Positions 52,679 to 60,298 of a DNA stretch of 64,000 nt are shown one piece after another. This DNA is from a virus, in the IMG/VR virus record IMGVR_UViG_3300043446_003158, positions 113,188 to 177,187 of that record. The stretch is one strand, 5' to 3'. Both the position numbers and the translations under genes were made by a program. The stretch's first letter is position 1. Every line of letters begins with the position of its first letter. Below the pieces are notes generated by a model that was given only the letters and a program-made list of their open reading frames with translations, made no database searches and was not told where the DNA came from.

Positions 52679-54559
52679 TTACCTCGTTATTTTACCGTTG
52701 GAATAACTTGAAGTTACTGGGAAATCAACTCCTGAAATCTGCTCACCAGAAACAATAGTATCTCTTAGCATATTTATGTTGTTTGCGCTAGTATTCACAT
52801 CAAAAATAACATACAAATCTTTTAATCCTATTACATCATTTGATTCTGGATATGCTTGAACTTCAATCATACCATTTGGCAATATTGTCGAAGAAATGTT
52901 GATGGTATTAATTAATATTTCTCCAGTTTTATAATTAACTGTTCCTACAGATTTTTTAACTATTTGATATGTTTTTAAATCTTCAAGTGGTTTAACAATA
53001 GTTAATTCTCCAATATCATTAGAAGATGCTACGTCAACAAAGAAACAAATTCCAGTTTCTCCTAAAACAGTAAATCCAGTACTTTTAATATTATATTTAC
53101 CTATCTCTTTATGGAACTGATTTCCAAAACATAATTCATATTGTGCAAAATTATTTAAAACGCAATTTAAATTACGTCTCATTTTAACTTTAGTAATATT
53201 AGATGTTATGGAAGGATCAACACTATCAATTAATTGAACAACTTTACTGTATCTAAATCTACCAGAAAATTTATTAGATTGTATAGATTTTGAATAATTC
53301 TCTAAGGATATAATTATTTTTTCTTTTATTTCTGAAGGATTTAAAATTCTATTTGAATTATAGTAAATTGAACTGTCAATTTCAACATATAGAACTTTAA
53401 GATCCATTATTTGGTGATTTATTCCTATTACTCCATATTTTTTTAATTTTTTAATAATATCTTGCTTCGTAAAATCTGATAATCTATAAGAATCTTTTGG
53501 TTTAATACTTATAAAAACGTTTCCATATTGAGGAGGACTCATAGTCTCACCACCAATAACAGTTACTGCTTCTGCTTCTGGATAAAGATATTTTACTATA
53601 GATTCATAGTCTACTGAGGTAACTGCTCTGTACTGAGAAGAATATAAACGAGGAGCAAAATATTTAATTGAATCTATAGATTCAATATCATTTCCTCCAA
53701 TTGCTGGAGATAATGTGGTTATAGAAATAGGTTGTGCTGGAGTTTGAATTTGATCTAAATTATTTGTTAAAATTCCAGCAAAGGAAAATAATGATGGACC
53801 GTCTCCGTTTTTTCCATCAGTAATAATATAACTAATCTCTACTGTAGATCCTCCTTCTAATTTTTTACCTAAAATACCATCACCAAATAAAACTTGATAT
53901 CTATTATCTTCTATTTCTTGTATTAAAAATATTTCCGAATCTTGATTAATTTCTGTTATGTTATCAACTAAACTATATTTTAATCCATTAACTTTTACAT
54001 TTAATGTGCTTGTATCTATATTTTGATTATCTAAAATAAATTTACGAGTTGATTCACTAACATTAGAAAATTTTTGAGTGATTAAATTTCCTTGATATAT
54101 TTCAACTTCTTCAAACGATGCTATTGCAGAATTTGCATTAACTGTAGCAATTACGTTAGAAGGTATTGAAAATACGTAATTGGTATTTTCTGATGCACCA
54201 ACACAAACTAATCCTGCTTTAAGTATGATTTGAGTTGGTGCAGTAACTACATTCCCTAAATTTACATTAAATGATATTTTTGCTTTTGAGCATATTTTTG
54301 ATCTAGGAACATATCCAACATTTCTTGCTAATGAAACTACATTTTCCCTAATTGTTGCAGAATCTAAAAAAGATTCATTAACTATCATGTTTGCATTAAA
54401 TGCCGTTATATAAGTGTTATATGCAAGAATGTCAATTAGCACAGAAAAATTAGAACCTTCAAAGTCAAAATCAGTAAAATTAGTATTTAACCGAAGATAA
54501 TCTTTTATTGAGGTTTTAATTTGATCGAAATCTAGATTTGCAAATTTAGTAAAAGGCAT
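52679..54559 (-). CDS. gp6: Baseplate wedge subunit gp6
   Basis: LDFDQIKTSIKDYL, FTDFDFEGSNFSVLIDILAYNT, NESFLDSA, RAVTSVDYE, GNVFISIKP. Confidence 0.95.
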   Translation of the reverse strand: MPFTKFANLDFDQIKTSIKDYLRLNTNFTDFDFEGSNFSVLIDILAYNTYITAFNANMIVNESFLDSATIRENVVSLARNVGYVPRSKICSKAKISFNVNLGNVVTAPTQIILKAGLVCVGASENTNYVFSIPSNVIATVNANSAIASFEEVEIYQGNLITQKFSNVSESTRKFILDNQNIDTSTLNVKVNGLKYSLVDNITEINQDSEIFLIQEIEDNRYQVLFGDGILGKKLEGGSTVEISYIITDGKNGDGPSLFSFAGILTNNLDQIQTPAQPISITTLSPAIGGNDIESIDSIKYFAPRLYSSQYRAVTSVDYESIVKYLYPEAEAVTVIGGETMSPPQYGNVFISIKPKDSYRLSDFTKQDIIKKLKKYGVIGINHQIMDLKVLYVEIDSSIYYNSNRILNPSEIKEKIIISLENYSKSIQSNKFSGRFRYSKVVQLIDSVDPSITSNITKVKMRRNLNCVLNNFAQYELCFGNQFHKEIGKYNIKSTGFTVLGETGICFFVDVASSNDIGELTIVKPLEDLKTYQIVKKSVGTVNYKTGEILINTINISSTILPNGMIEVQAYPESNDVIGLKDLYVIFDVNTSANNINMLRDTIVSGEQISGVDFPVTSSYSNGKITR

Positions 54560-54560
54560 T

Positions 54561-54962
54561 TTATCTTATTGCCTCTAAAATGTAGGTGAATGATTGTTTT
54601 GGTGTATTTTCACCAATAATATTAAAGTATATAACAATTTCAAAATAATTTAAATCGGGAAAAGGATTAACTTCAATTTCAACATCAGATACTCTTGGCT
54701 CAAAGTTTGATATGGCAACATCAATATAATTTTTTAATAATGAAGCTGTACCAAAATCTATAAATTCAAATAAAGTAGGTCTTACTTTAGAACCAAACAA
54801 AGGATTAAACAAACGTTCATTTGGAACAGTTTGAATAATATTTTTTATAGATTTTTTGATAGCAACTTCATTTTTTAAAACGAGAATATCTTTAGTAACT
54901 GGATGCATATCAAAAGATAAACTTATGTCTTTAAAAACTTTTGATATTCTCGTTGTTGCCAT
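54561..54962 (-). CDS. gp25: Baseplate wedge subunit gp25
   Basis: FKDISLSF..HPVTKDI, AIKKSIKNII.T..NERLFNP.FGS, NFEPRV. Confidence 0.92.
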   Translation of the reverse strand: MATTRISKVFKDISLSFDMHPVTKDILVLKNEVAIKKSIKNIIQTVPNERLFNPLFGSKVRPTLFEFIDFGTASLLKNYIDVAISNFEPRVSDVEIEVNPFPDLNYFEIVIYFNIIGENTPKQSFTYILEAIR

Positions 54963-54989
54963 TAAATTATTAAATGATGTACTTTTTTT

Positions 54990-54997
54990 TATTTATA
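54990..54997 (-). promoter_or_regulatory. T4-type late promoter TATAAATA for gp25/gp6/gp7
   Basis: Exact consensus 28 nt upstream of the gp25 ATG. Confidence 0.8.
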
Positions 54998-55243
54998 TTA
55001 GGACCATGGACGTCCATAAATTGGTTCAGTTCCATAATCCCAATCATCATAATCGGTATCATTCCTTATAGATTTGTGAGATGTTTCAGATAAATTAAAT
55101 TTGTTCTTTGCAATTTCATCATGCATAATTTCTTGGATCACTTTTTTCTTTTCTAAAGAGGAATTGTAATCGGTTACAAGTTTTGTGGTTCCCCACATAT
55201 GATACATGTAGTTTTGATCTCTATCTACTGGTAAATTGGACAT
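54998..55243 (-). CDS. Conserved hypothetical protein (MSNLPVD...)
   Basis: Start reassigned to 55243 because AGGAG lies just upstream. Confidence 0.65.
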   Translation of the reverse strand: MSNLPVDRDQNYMYHMWGTTKLVTDYNSSLEKKKVIQEIMHDEIAKNKFNLSETSHKSIRNDTDYDDWDYGTEPIYGRPWS

Positions 55244-55312
55244 TTTAGCTCCTGTTTTTTGGTAAAAACAGAACTTTTTTTGGAAGGAGGTTGCTATCTC
55301 CCCTACCACTAT

Positions 55313-55639
55313 TTAACGATTAACGTATCTTAGAGTGTAATTTTCGGAATTTAGGTATTTTAACAGTTCAAGAGCAATTAACTTAGGATTTCCTTCTCCA
55401 CAAGTATAAACATCTATTGCTAAACACCCATTTTCAGGCCATGTATGGCAAGAAACATGACTTTCCGAAAGGGCAATCACGATTGTACACCCCTGTGGTA
55501 TAAAACAATGTGAAAAAATGTTCAAAATAGTCATTTTTGCACGTTCAATACCTCTAATCATGACATTTTGAAGAGAATTTATGTCATTTATGAGGTCATA
55601 TTGAACATCATACACCTCTAAGAGGAGGTGATTACCCAT
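55313..55639 (-). CDS. speD: S-adenosylmethionine decarboxylase proenzyme (class 1b, pyruvoyl)
   Basis: MGNHLLLEVY, FIPQGCT and LSESHVSCHTWPENG (E|S autocleavage site), DVYTCG. Confidence 0.85.
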   Translation of the reverse strand: MGNHLLLEVYDVQYDLINDINSLQNVMIRGIERAKMTILNIFSHCFIPQGCTIVIALSESHVSCHTWPENGCLAIDVYTCGEGNPKLIALELLKYLNSENYTLRYVNR

Positions 55640-55681
55640 TGAAAACTGTTCCAATGCAAAAATAAGCAAAAATTTATTTAT

Positions 55682-55888
55682 TTACTGAAAATTTGCTATA
55701 TTTTTACGAGAAAAAGTTTGATTTTCTTGAATTCTGATGTCTTTATTGCGGAAAGTCCAACAAAAACCACCATCATCAAGAAAAACGACCCATTCAAGGT
55801 CGTGTTCTTGTGATCTATCAATTAAAAAAAATGCCCAACCACTACCTTTTGGGGTAATGACTGGGATTGTGGGGTTTAATTGAATCAT
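55682..55888 (-). CDS. Hypothetical protein
   Basis: 68-aa ORF in the same operon. Confidence 0.6.
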   Translation of the reverse strand: MIQLNPTIPVITPKGSGWAFFLIDRSQEHDLEWVVFLDDGGFCWTFRNKDIRIQENQTFSRKNIANFQ

Positions 55889-55894
55889 TTTGGA

Positions 55895-56047
55895 CTATTT
55901 TCCTTGTCCTCTATACTTTTTACGAGCCTTATTGCGAGACGTAGCAGCATACTTGGTGCCATCACCGTCTCCTTGCCTTGTTTTCTTCGGAGGTCCAGGA
56001 ATATAAGACGTGCGCTTATTCAGACCACCTTTTGCTTTTACTGCCAT
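55895..56047 (-). CDS. Small basic protein (50 aa)
   Basis: Hand translation MAVKAKGGLNKRTSYIPGPPKKTRQGDGDGTKYAATSRNKARKKYRGQGK; GGAG SD upstream. Confidence 0.7.
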   Translation of the reverse strand: MAVKAKGGLNKRTSYIPGPPKKTRQGDGDGTKYAATSRNKARKKYRGQGK

Positions 56048-56049
56048 GA

Positions 56050-56220
56050 TTAATCTCCTACTATTTCAGTTTGTATTTCAGAAGGGTTTGGAGAACCTGT
56101 CTTATAATACTGGAAGGACAGATCCTCCAAGATTTGAAAAAATTCATCCTCTGATAAATTAGTGTAAATTTTACGTCCTCTACAGAGAATATTGTATTTT
56201 TCGCCAGATTTGTTAGACAT
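56050..56220 (-). CDS. Hypothetical protein
   Basis: MSNKSGEKYNILCRGRKIY...; start coupled to the stop of the upstream gene. Confidence 0.6.
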   Translation of the reverse strand: MSNKSGEKYNILCRGRKIYTNLSEDEFFQILEDLSFQYYKTGSPNPSEIQTEIVGD

Positions 56221-56981
56221 CAAATAACTCTTGTTTTTTCGTGACCGACTCGTACACGTGGATCGCACCAAATTTCAAAGCCTGCTTCCTTTGCATCCAA
56301 ACAGAAACTGACATCTTCTCCACACATGTCTTGAACATCACCAGATTCAAAAACTTGCATCTTTGGAGCAAACCAAGGATATTTCATATCCGAATGCTCA
56401 AATACACCGTGCTTAATCAGCAACCAACCAAATCCAGTATAATCAACTGTAAATGGTTTGCGGCGCTTGGAGATTGTTTCAAGAGTTTCATGATTCATAA
56501 CTCCACCATTACTGCGGAAATCTTCTTCATCTAACCAGTGTGCAACGGAAGTAGTCATGCCGTCTTCGGTACAATACCAACCTGCTGCAATATCTTTATC
56601 CATCAAAACCAATTGTAAAAACTTTTCAGTGTTGAATACAATATCAGAGTCAATCCAAAGTTGATAATCATAATTAAGTTTTCCGTCCCAAGGAAGTTGA
56701 TCAGGTCCACGAAGAACGTTTGCCCCCAAACACTTACAGCGGGCAAAATTTACCATGGAACTGTAATCTTGAGAAATTTGAATACTTGCCCCGTTCTGCA
56801 CGAGGTCGAAGCACATTTGAATAAAACTCTTTAGAAATGTATACGAACAACCTCTTCCAGGTAAGCAAAAAACGATTGATTTTCCACGAATCATTTCTTT
56901 TGCTTTTTCAAAATCAAACTCTGGATCGGCTGAACTTGTGGCAACTGGTGCCTTTGCTTTTACGGTAAATCCTTTAGCCAT
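56220..56981 (-). CDS. GT-A fold glycosyltransferase-like protein
   Basis: ARCKCL, YDYQLWIDSDIVF (DxD), TGFGWLLIK, GEDVSFC, GHEK. Confidence 0.75.
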   Translation of the reverse strand: MAKGFTVKAKAPVATSSADPEFDFEKAKEMIRGKSIVFCLPGRGCSYTFLKSFIQMCFDLVQNGASIQISQDYSSMVNFARCKCLGANVLRGPDQLPWDGKLNYDYQLWIDSDIVFNTEKFLQLVLMDKDIAAGWYCTEDGMTTSVAHWLDEEDFRSNGGVMNHETLETISKRRKPFTVDYTGFGWLLIKHGVFEHSDMKYPWFAPKMQVFESGDVQDMCGEDVSFCLDAKEAGFEIWCDPRVRVGHEKTRVI

Positions 56982-57004
56982 AATAGGAATAATTTTACTT
57001 CAGT

Positions 57005-57033
57005 ATCATACAGTATTATGTATAAAATGTCAA
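57005..57033 (-). promoter_or_regulatory. Sigma70-type promoter TTGACA-17-TATGAT
   Basis: -35 at 57028-57033 contains the TGA stop of the upstream ORF; -10 at 57005-57010. Confidence 0.65.
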
Positions 57034-57203
57034 TTTTTGTTCTCTTTCAGAACTATTTCATCTCCGTCGACTTTTAATTTTATCTCAGTATCTTCGTACC
57101 ATGAAAATTCATTTACCACCCATTCAGGAATTGTAATATAATACTCACCACTTACTGGATCTACTTGCAATAGCTGGCAGCTTTCTTCAAAGTTCTTCTT
57201 CAT
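57030..57203 (-). CDS. AbrB/MazE-fold-like small protein (57 aa)
   Basis: Hand translation MKKNFEESCQLLQVDPVSGEYYITIPEWVVNEFSWYEDTEIKLKVDGDEIVLKENKN; the ITIP...W....I...DG..IVL pattern fits a swapped-hairpin fold. Confidence 0.6.
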   Translation of the reverse strand: MKKNFEESCQLLQVDPVSGEYYITIPEWVVNEFSWYEDTEIKLKVDGDEIVLKENKN

Positions 57204-57423
57204 TCCATTCTTGTTTTGTATTTTGTTTTATATAGTATATTTTGAAATTATAATCGACCTGTGGGGCGAATTTTTATGGGGGAAATTTTTTTAGGTTCAG
57301 AGAATTATAAGTCTCATTTGGGTAACACTTTATAGATTGAGGGATCCATCGTTTTTATAAACCACGCGCCCCGCCATCACGATACCGTTATACCATAATA
57401 CTGTGATTTTGCACGAACGAACA

Positions 57424-57444
57424 GGGGGGCGTGTGCCGCCCCCC
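57424..57444 (-). terminator. GC-rich stem-loop closing the early array
   Basis: GGGGGGCG-TGTGC-CGCCCCCC, 6 nt after the stop of the last array ORF. Confidence 0.6.
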
Positions 57445-57450
57445 GAACTG

Positions 57451-57642
57451 TCACTGCACGTCGCCCAGGGCGCTGTTCGTGGTGCTCATGCGGGTGCCGC
57501 GTGAACCAGCAGCGCCGCCATGGGTGCGAACGCGGGTGCTGCCGCCCTTGATCTGATTTGCCCAGCGGTTGGCACGGGTGCCATGGGCAACGGGCAGGCG
57601 GGTGATCGTGAACTGGATGCCGTCGATGGTGGTGGTGGTCAT
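57451..57642 (-). CDS. Array ORF1, basic 63-aa protein
   Basis: Has its own promoter module directly upstream; TGA stop. Confidence 0.7.
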   Translation of the reverse strand: MTTTTIDGIQFTITRLPVAHGTRANRWANQIKGGSTRVRTHGGAAGSRGTRMSTTNSALGDVQ

Positions 57643-57710
57643 CGGGTGTGGTGCGGTTTGCTCTGGAATTCTACAGGGTCAGGGGGCAGGGGTCAACCCA
57701 CCCCCTGTAG
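57643..57710 (-). promoter_or_regulatory. Promoter-stem-loop module P1 (type A)
   Basis: TTGACC (57691-57696)-17-TAGAAT (57668-57673); G/C inverted repeat around the -35; leader TCCAGAGCAAACCGCACCACACCCG-ATG. Confidence 0.85.
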
Positions 57711-57712
57711 GA

Positions 57713-57973
57713 TCAGATGCCTGCCATCGCGGCAACCAGGCGATCACGCTTGCGGATCGCGGTGGGCACGATGAACCAGAGGTCACGCTTGCCGCTGTCG
57801 GAGCGGGTGGCATCCAGGGTGCCGCCCTTCTCCATGTCAACCATGAGGGCGTGGATGGTGCCCTTATGGCGGCGGGGGTCCATGCCCATGGCGCGAACCA
57901 GGTCGCTGCAGGTCATCGGGCCGTCGTTGATCAGGCGGGTGCGGATCGCGGTGCGGATGATGGAGGTCAGCAT
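57713..57973 (-). CDS. Array ORF2, winged-helix-like protein (86 aa)
   Basis: Start reassigned to 57973 from the module geometry; GPMTCSDLVRAMG...TIHALMVDMEKGGTL...DLWF resembles a wHTH. Confidence 0.65.
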   Translation of the reverse strand: MLTSIIRTAIRTRLINDGPMTCSDLVRAMGMDPRRHKGTIHALMVDMEKGGTLDATRSDSGKRDLWFIVPTAIRKRDRLVAAMAGI

Positions 57974-58036
57974 CGGGTGCGTTGCGGTTTGCTCTGGAAT
58001 TCTACAGGGTGGGCGGGGCACCCGTCAAGGTGCCCC
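57974..58036 (-). promoter_or_regulatory. Module P2 (type A)
   Basis: TTGACG (58023-58028)-18-TAGAAT (57999-58004); the -35 is in the loop of GGGGCAC/GTGCCCC. Confidence 0.85.
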
Positions 58037-58043
58037 ATAGGGG

Positions 58044-58268
58044 TCAGTACCCCAACCAGGAGAGGAACTCACCGCAGTCGATGCGCTCACCCTGCAGGTG
58101 CCCGTACTCCTTGCGGAAGTCGTAGAGGCAGGAGTGCATCTCTGCAGACTCCAGGGCGATGTGCCAGGCGATGGTGTCGTCGGCGGGGTGAGAGCAATCC
58201 CACAGAATGTCGGAGAAGGTGGTGCCAGGGGCGTACACGTTGAGGCAGTCGCGGAGGGCGGTGGTCAT
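58044..58268 (-). CDS. Array ORF3, 74-aa hypothetical protein
   Basis: ATG follows the module leader; TGA stop. Confidence 0.7.
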   Translation of the reverse strand: MTTALRDCLNVYAPGTTFSDILWDCSHPADDTIAWHIALESAEMHSCLYDFRKEYGHLQGERIDCGEFLSWLGY

Positions 58269-58327
58269 CGGGTGCGATGCGTTTGCTCTGGAATTCTACA
58301 GGATGGGGGGTCGTTTGCCAACCCCCC
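58269..58327 (-). promoter_or_regulatory. Module P3 (type A)
   Basis: TTGGCA (58316-58321)-17-TAGAAT (58293-58298); G6/C6 stem with the -35 in the loop. Confidence 0.8.
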
Positions 58328-58334
58328 TGGGGGG

Positions 58335-58553
58335 TCAGATCTGCTCTGCCATCTGCTGCTCCATCTGCTCACGGATCATGGCACGGATGGCGAAGGCGCT
58401 CTCACGGATGCTGCGGCAGGAGTCGGCACTCAGGTCATTCTCACCAGCGCGGGCGGCCTCCTCATTCTCAAACCAGCGGATGCCTGCGTCGATCAGGGCA
58501 TGGCAGATCTCATCAGCGATGGCAGGGGTCACGGTCAGGGTGAGGGTGGTCAT
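58335..58553 (-). CDS. Array ORF4, 72-aa helical protein
   Basis: MTTLTLTVTPAIADEICHAL...; start set from the module geometry. Confidence 0.7.
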   Translation of the reverse strand: MTTLTLTVTPAIADEICHALIDAGIRWFENEEAARAGENDLSADSCRSIRESAFAIRAMIREQMEQQMAEQI

Positions 58554-58613
58554 CGGGTGTGGTGCGGTTTGCTTGAGAATTCTACAGGATGAAGGGGAGG
58601 GGGTCAACCCCTC
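58554..58613 (-). promoter_or_regulatory. Module P4 (type A)
   Basis: TTGACC (58602-58607)-17-TAGAAT (58579-58584); GAGGGG/CCCCTC stem. Confidence 0.85.
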
Positions 58614-58809
58614 ACACCCGCGTCACGGTCAGGCGCTTCCATCCTTCGATGCGGTAGTAGCGGATCTCCTCCAGGATGGAGTTGACCACGTTGTTGTGCT
58701 GGCGGTCAAACCCCTTGGGCGTGGTGGGACGGCGGCGGCGGCGGTACTCTACGGCAGTAGTGCCATCGGCACGGTCCAGTTCGATGCGGTAGAGGCAGGT
58801 GCTGGTCAT
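58612..58809 (-). CDS. Array ORF5, 65-aa Arg-rich protein
   Basis: MTSTCLYRIELDRADGTTAVEYRRRRRPTT...; start set from the module geometry. Confidence 0.7.
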   Translation of the reverse strand: MTSTCLYRIELDRADGTTAVEYRRRRRPTTPKGFDRQHNNVVNSILEEIRYYRIEGWKRLTVTRV

Positions 58810-58870
58810 CGGGTCCGTTGCGGTTTGCTCTGGAATTCTACAGGGTCGGCGGTGGGAGGTCAACCCTCCC
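58810..58870 (-). promoter_or_regulatory. Module P5 (type A)
   Basis: TTGACC (58858-58863)-17-TAGAAT (58835-58840); GGGAGG/CCTCCC stem. Confidence 0.85.
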
Positions 58871-59039
58871 AGGTCACCACGTCGGCGGCGTAGTGTTCGG
58901 CATACCGTGCTGCCCACCAGTACCCCTCAGCAGGGTTGATCTGTCCAGCGAAGCGATCCTGGGGGGCATCGTCAGTCTTACGGGTCACCCACATGGTTTC
59001 GCGGGTCTGCAGGTCGGAGCACTGGGAGAAGATTGCCAT
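58860..59039 (-). CDS. Array ORF6, 59-aa protein (not in the ORF track)
   Basis: Hand translation MAIFSQCSDLQTRETMWVTRKTDDAPQDRFAGQINPAEGYWWAARYAEHYAADVVTWEG; its TGA lies inside the -35 of P5. Confidence 0.7.
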   Translation of the reverse strand: MAIFSQCSDLQTRETMWVTRKTDDAPQDRFAGQINPAEGYWWAARYAEHYAADVVTWEG

Positions 59040-59075
59040 GGGTGCGGTTGCGGTTGCTTGGGTAGTGTAGCAGGT
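59040..59075 (-). promoter_or_regulatory. Module P6 (type B, extended -10)
   Basis: TGC-TACACT (59064-59069); leader ACCCAAGCAACCGCAACCGCACCC-ATG. Confidence 0.7.
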
Positions 59076-59245
59076 CAGCGGCGCTCACCGCACCAGGCGG
59101 GGTCGGCGGTGCAGAGGGCGTCTGCCATGCGCTCCTGGTGAGCGTCAACGGTTGCCGCGGCCTTCAGGGTCCAGGCACCTGCCACGATGCTCACAGAGCA
59201 GAAGAGCATGGCAGCGATGGCATTGTGGAGAGTGCGGTCGGTCAT
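59075..59245 (-). CDS. Array ORF7, 56-aa membrane-anchored protein with a C-terminal Cys pair
   Basis: Hand translation MTDRTLHNAIAAMLFCSVSIVAGAWTLKAAATVDAHQERMADALCTADPAWCGERR. Confidence 0.7.
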   Translation of the reverse strand: MTDRTLHNAIAAMLFCSVSIVAGAWTLKAAATVDAHQERMADALCTADPAWCGERR

Positions 59246-59280
59246 GGTGGGGTTGCGGTTGCTTGGGTAGTGTAGCAGGT
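59246..59280 (-). promoter_or_regulatory. Module P7 (type B)
   Basis: Shares GGTTGCGGTTGCTTGGGTAGTGTAGCAGGTCAG with P6; TACACT at 59269-59274. Confidence 0.7.
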
Positions 59281-59465
59281 CAGAAGCGAACTGCCCAGTT
59301 CGGGTCGGTCAGGCAGTTGATCCAGGCGCACCAGTTGCCGTTGGTGCTCACGCAGAACAGGTCATTGCCCTGGCGCTGCTCAACCACCACCACGGGGTCG
59401 CCTGCCATCTGGTTTGCCAGGCGGTTCTTTGCCTTGGCGGAGATGGGGGTCAGGGTCACGGTCAT
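59280..59465 (-). CDS. Array ORF8, 61-aa hypothetical protein
   Basis: In the ORF track; ATG follows module P8. Confidence 0.7.
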   Translation of the reverse strand: MTVTLTPISAKAKNRLANQMAGDPVVVVEQRQGNDLFCVSTNGNWCAWINCLTDPNWAVRF

Positions 59466-59524
59466 CGGTCGGTTGCGGTTGAGAGAATTCTAGTCTATGG
59501 ATGGGGAGGGGGTCAACCCTCCCC
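59466..59524 (-). promoter_or_regulatory. Module P8 (type A)
   Basis: TTGACC (59511-59516)-18-TAGAAT (59487-59492); the -35 is exactly the loop of GGGGAGGG/CCCTCCCC. Confidence 0.85.
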
Positions 59525-59531
59525 GTAGGGG

Positions 59532-59696
59532 TCACCAGAGCAGGTCAGCGATTGCTTCCAGGCGCTGCTGGCGGGATGCCAGTTCCTTGAGGATTGCCCG
59601 CTGCTCCTTGGCGGTGGGGTTTCCTTCCCACAACCACTCCTCCAGTTGAAAGGAGGTCAGGTCGTCAAAGGCGGTGGCGATGGTTCCGTCCAGCAT
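59532..59696 (-). CDS. Array ORF9, 54-aa protein
   Basis: MLDGTIATAFDDLTSFQLEEWLWEG...; start set from the module geometry. Confidence 0.7.
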   Translation of the reverse strand: MLDGTIATAFDDLTSFQLEEWLWEGNPTAKEQRAILKELASRQQRLEAIADLLW

Positions 59697-59758
59697 GGGG
59701 TCGGTTGCGGTTTGCTCTGGAATTCTACAGGGTGAAGGGGAGGGCGTCAACCCTCCCC
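59697..59758 (-). promoter_or_regulatory. Module P9 (type A)
   Basis: TTGACG (59745-59750)-17-TAGAAT (59722-59727); the -35 is exactly the loop of GGGGAGGG/CCCTCCCC. Confidence 0.85.
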
Positions 59759-59765
59759 ATAGGGG

Positions 59766-59990
59766 TCAAACGGCAACCCAGTAGGATTTGCCGTTGCTCT
59801 CCTGCTGCTCTGCCATGATGTAGTCGGCGCTGCCATAGGCGCTGCGCCATCCCTGGACCTGGTAGTAGCAGTCCTCCAGGGTGGTGGCGTAGGCAAGGGT
59901 GCGGGCGATCTTACCGCCCTTCACGAACGCCACCGCGAACGGGTAGCGGGTGGGGGAGAGGATCGTCTGCAGGGGGGTGGGGTCGGTCAT
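59766..59990 (-). CDS. Array ORF10, 74-aa protein
   Basis: MTDPTPLQTILSPTRYPFAVAF...; start set from the module geometry. Confidence 0.7.
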   Translation of the reverse strand: MTDPTPLQTILSPTRYPFAVAFVKGGKIARTLAYATTLEDCYYQVQGWRSAYGSADYIMAEQQESNGKSYWVAV

Positions 59991-60068
59991 CGGTTCGGGT
60001 GGTGAACTTCGATCAGTATAGCAGGTCAGGAGGCAAAGGGGAGGGGGTGTGCCCCTCCGCTGTGCCAC
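59991..60068 (-). promoter_or_regulatory. Module P10 (type C)
   Basis: TGC-TATACT (60015-60020) followed by GATC; GGAGGGG/CCCCTCC stem; TGTGCCAC motif at 60061. Confidence 0.7.
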
Positions 60069-60090
60069 CTAGCGGGTGGGCGCAGCGTGA

Positions 60091-60240
60091 TCAGAAGTCG
60101 ATGGCATCAAGTGTAGGGTCTGCGCCATACTCATCACATTCGTCAACACTATCCCCCAGAACAAGAGTGTCAAGAATTTGCAGGATTTGTTCGCCGTTGT
60201 TACCAGAGCGGAGGAGAGAAAGCGCAAGGTCGCGGGTCAT
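60091..60240 (-). CDS. Array ORF11, 49-aa acidic protein
   Basis: Hand translation MTRDLALSLLRSGNNGEQILQILDTLVLGDSVDECDEYGADPTLDAIDF. Confidence 0.65.
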   Translation of the reverse strand: MTRDLALSLLRSGNNGEQILQILDTLVLGDSVDECDEYGADPTLDAIDF

Positions 60241-60298
60241 CGTAGAGTTTGCAATTGGGTGTAATTGGGTGTCTTTATGGGCGCACCCGTTCCCTGTA

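Noticed and set aside
55243-55315. Canonical SAM-I riboswitch (because of GCAACC near speD)
   Set aside because: The element is too short, lacks the AUCxAGAG P1/P2 core, and lies downstream of speD. It is kept only as an unclassified structured leader.
76-56534. Numerous plus-strand or nested ORFs overlapping core genes (e.g. 2434-2985, 3875-4561, 4796-5545, 41318-41644)
   Set aside because: They lie opposite or out of frame to well-conserved T4-like genes and show no recognisable motifs or RBS.
57569-58893. Plus-strand ORFs of 224, 164 and 228 aa with repeated CGAVCSGILQG
   Set aside because: These are antisense shadows in GC-rich DNA. The apparent peptide repeat is the reverse translation of the promoter module.
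57666-59727. Repeated EcoRI sites (GAATTC) as a restriction-related signal
   Set aside because: The site is simply the -10 hexamer TAGAAT plus TC inside the type A module.
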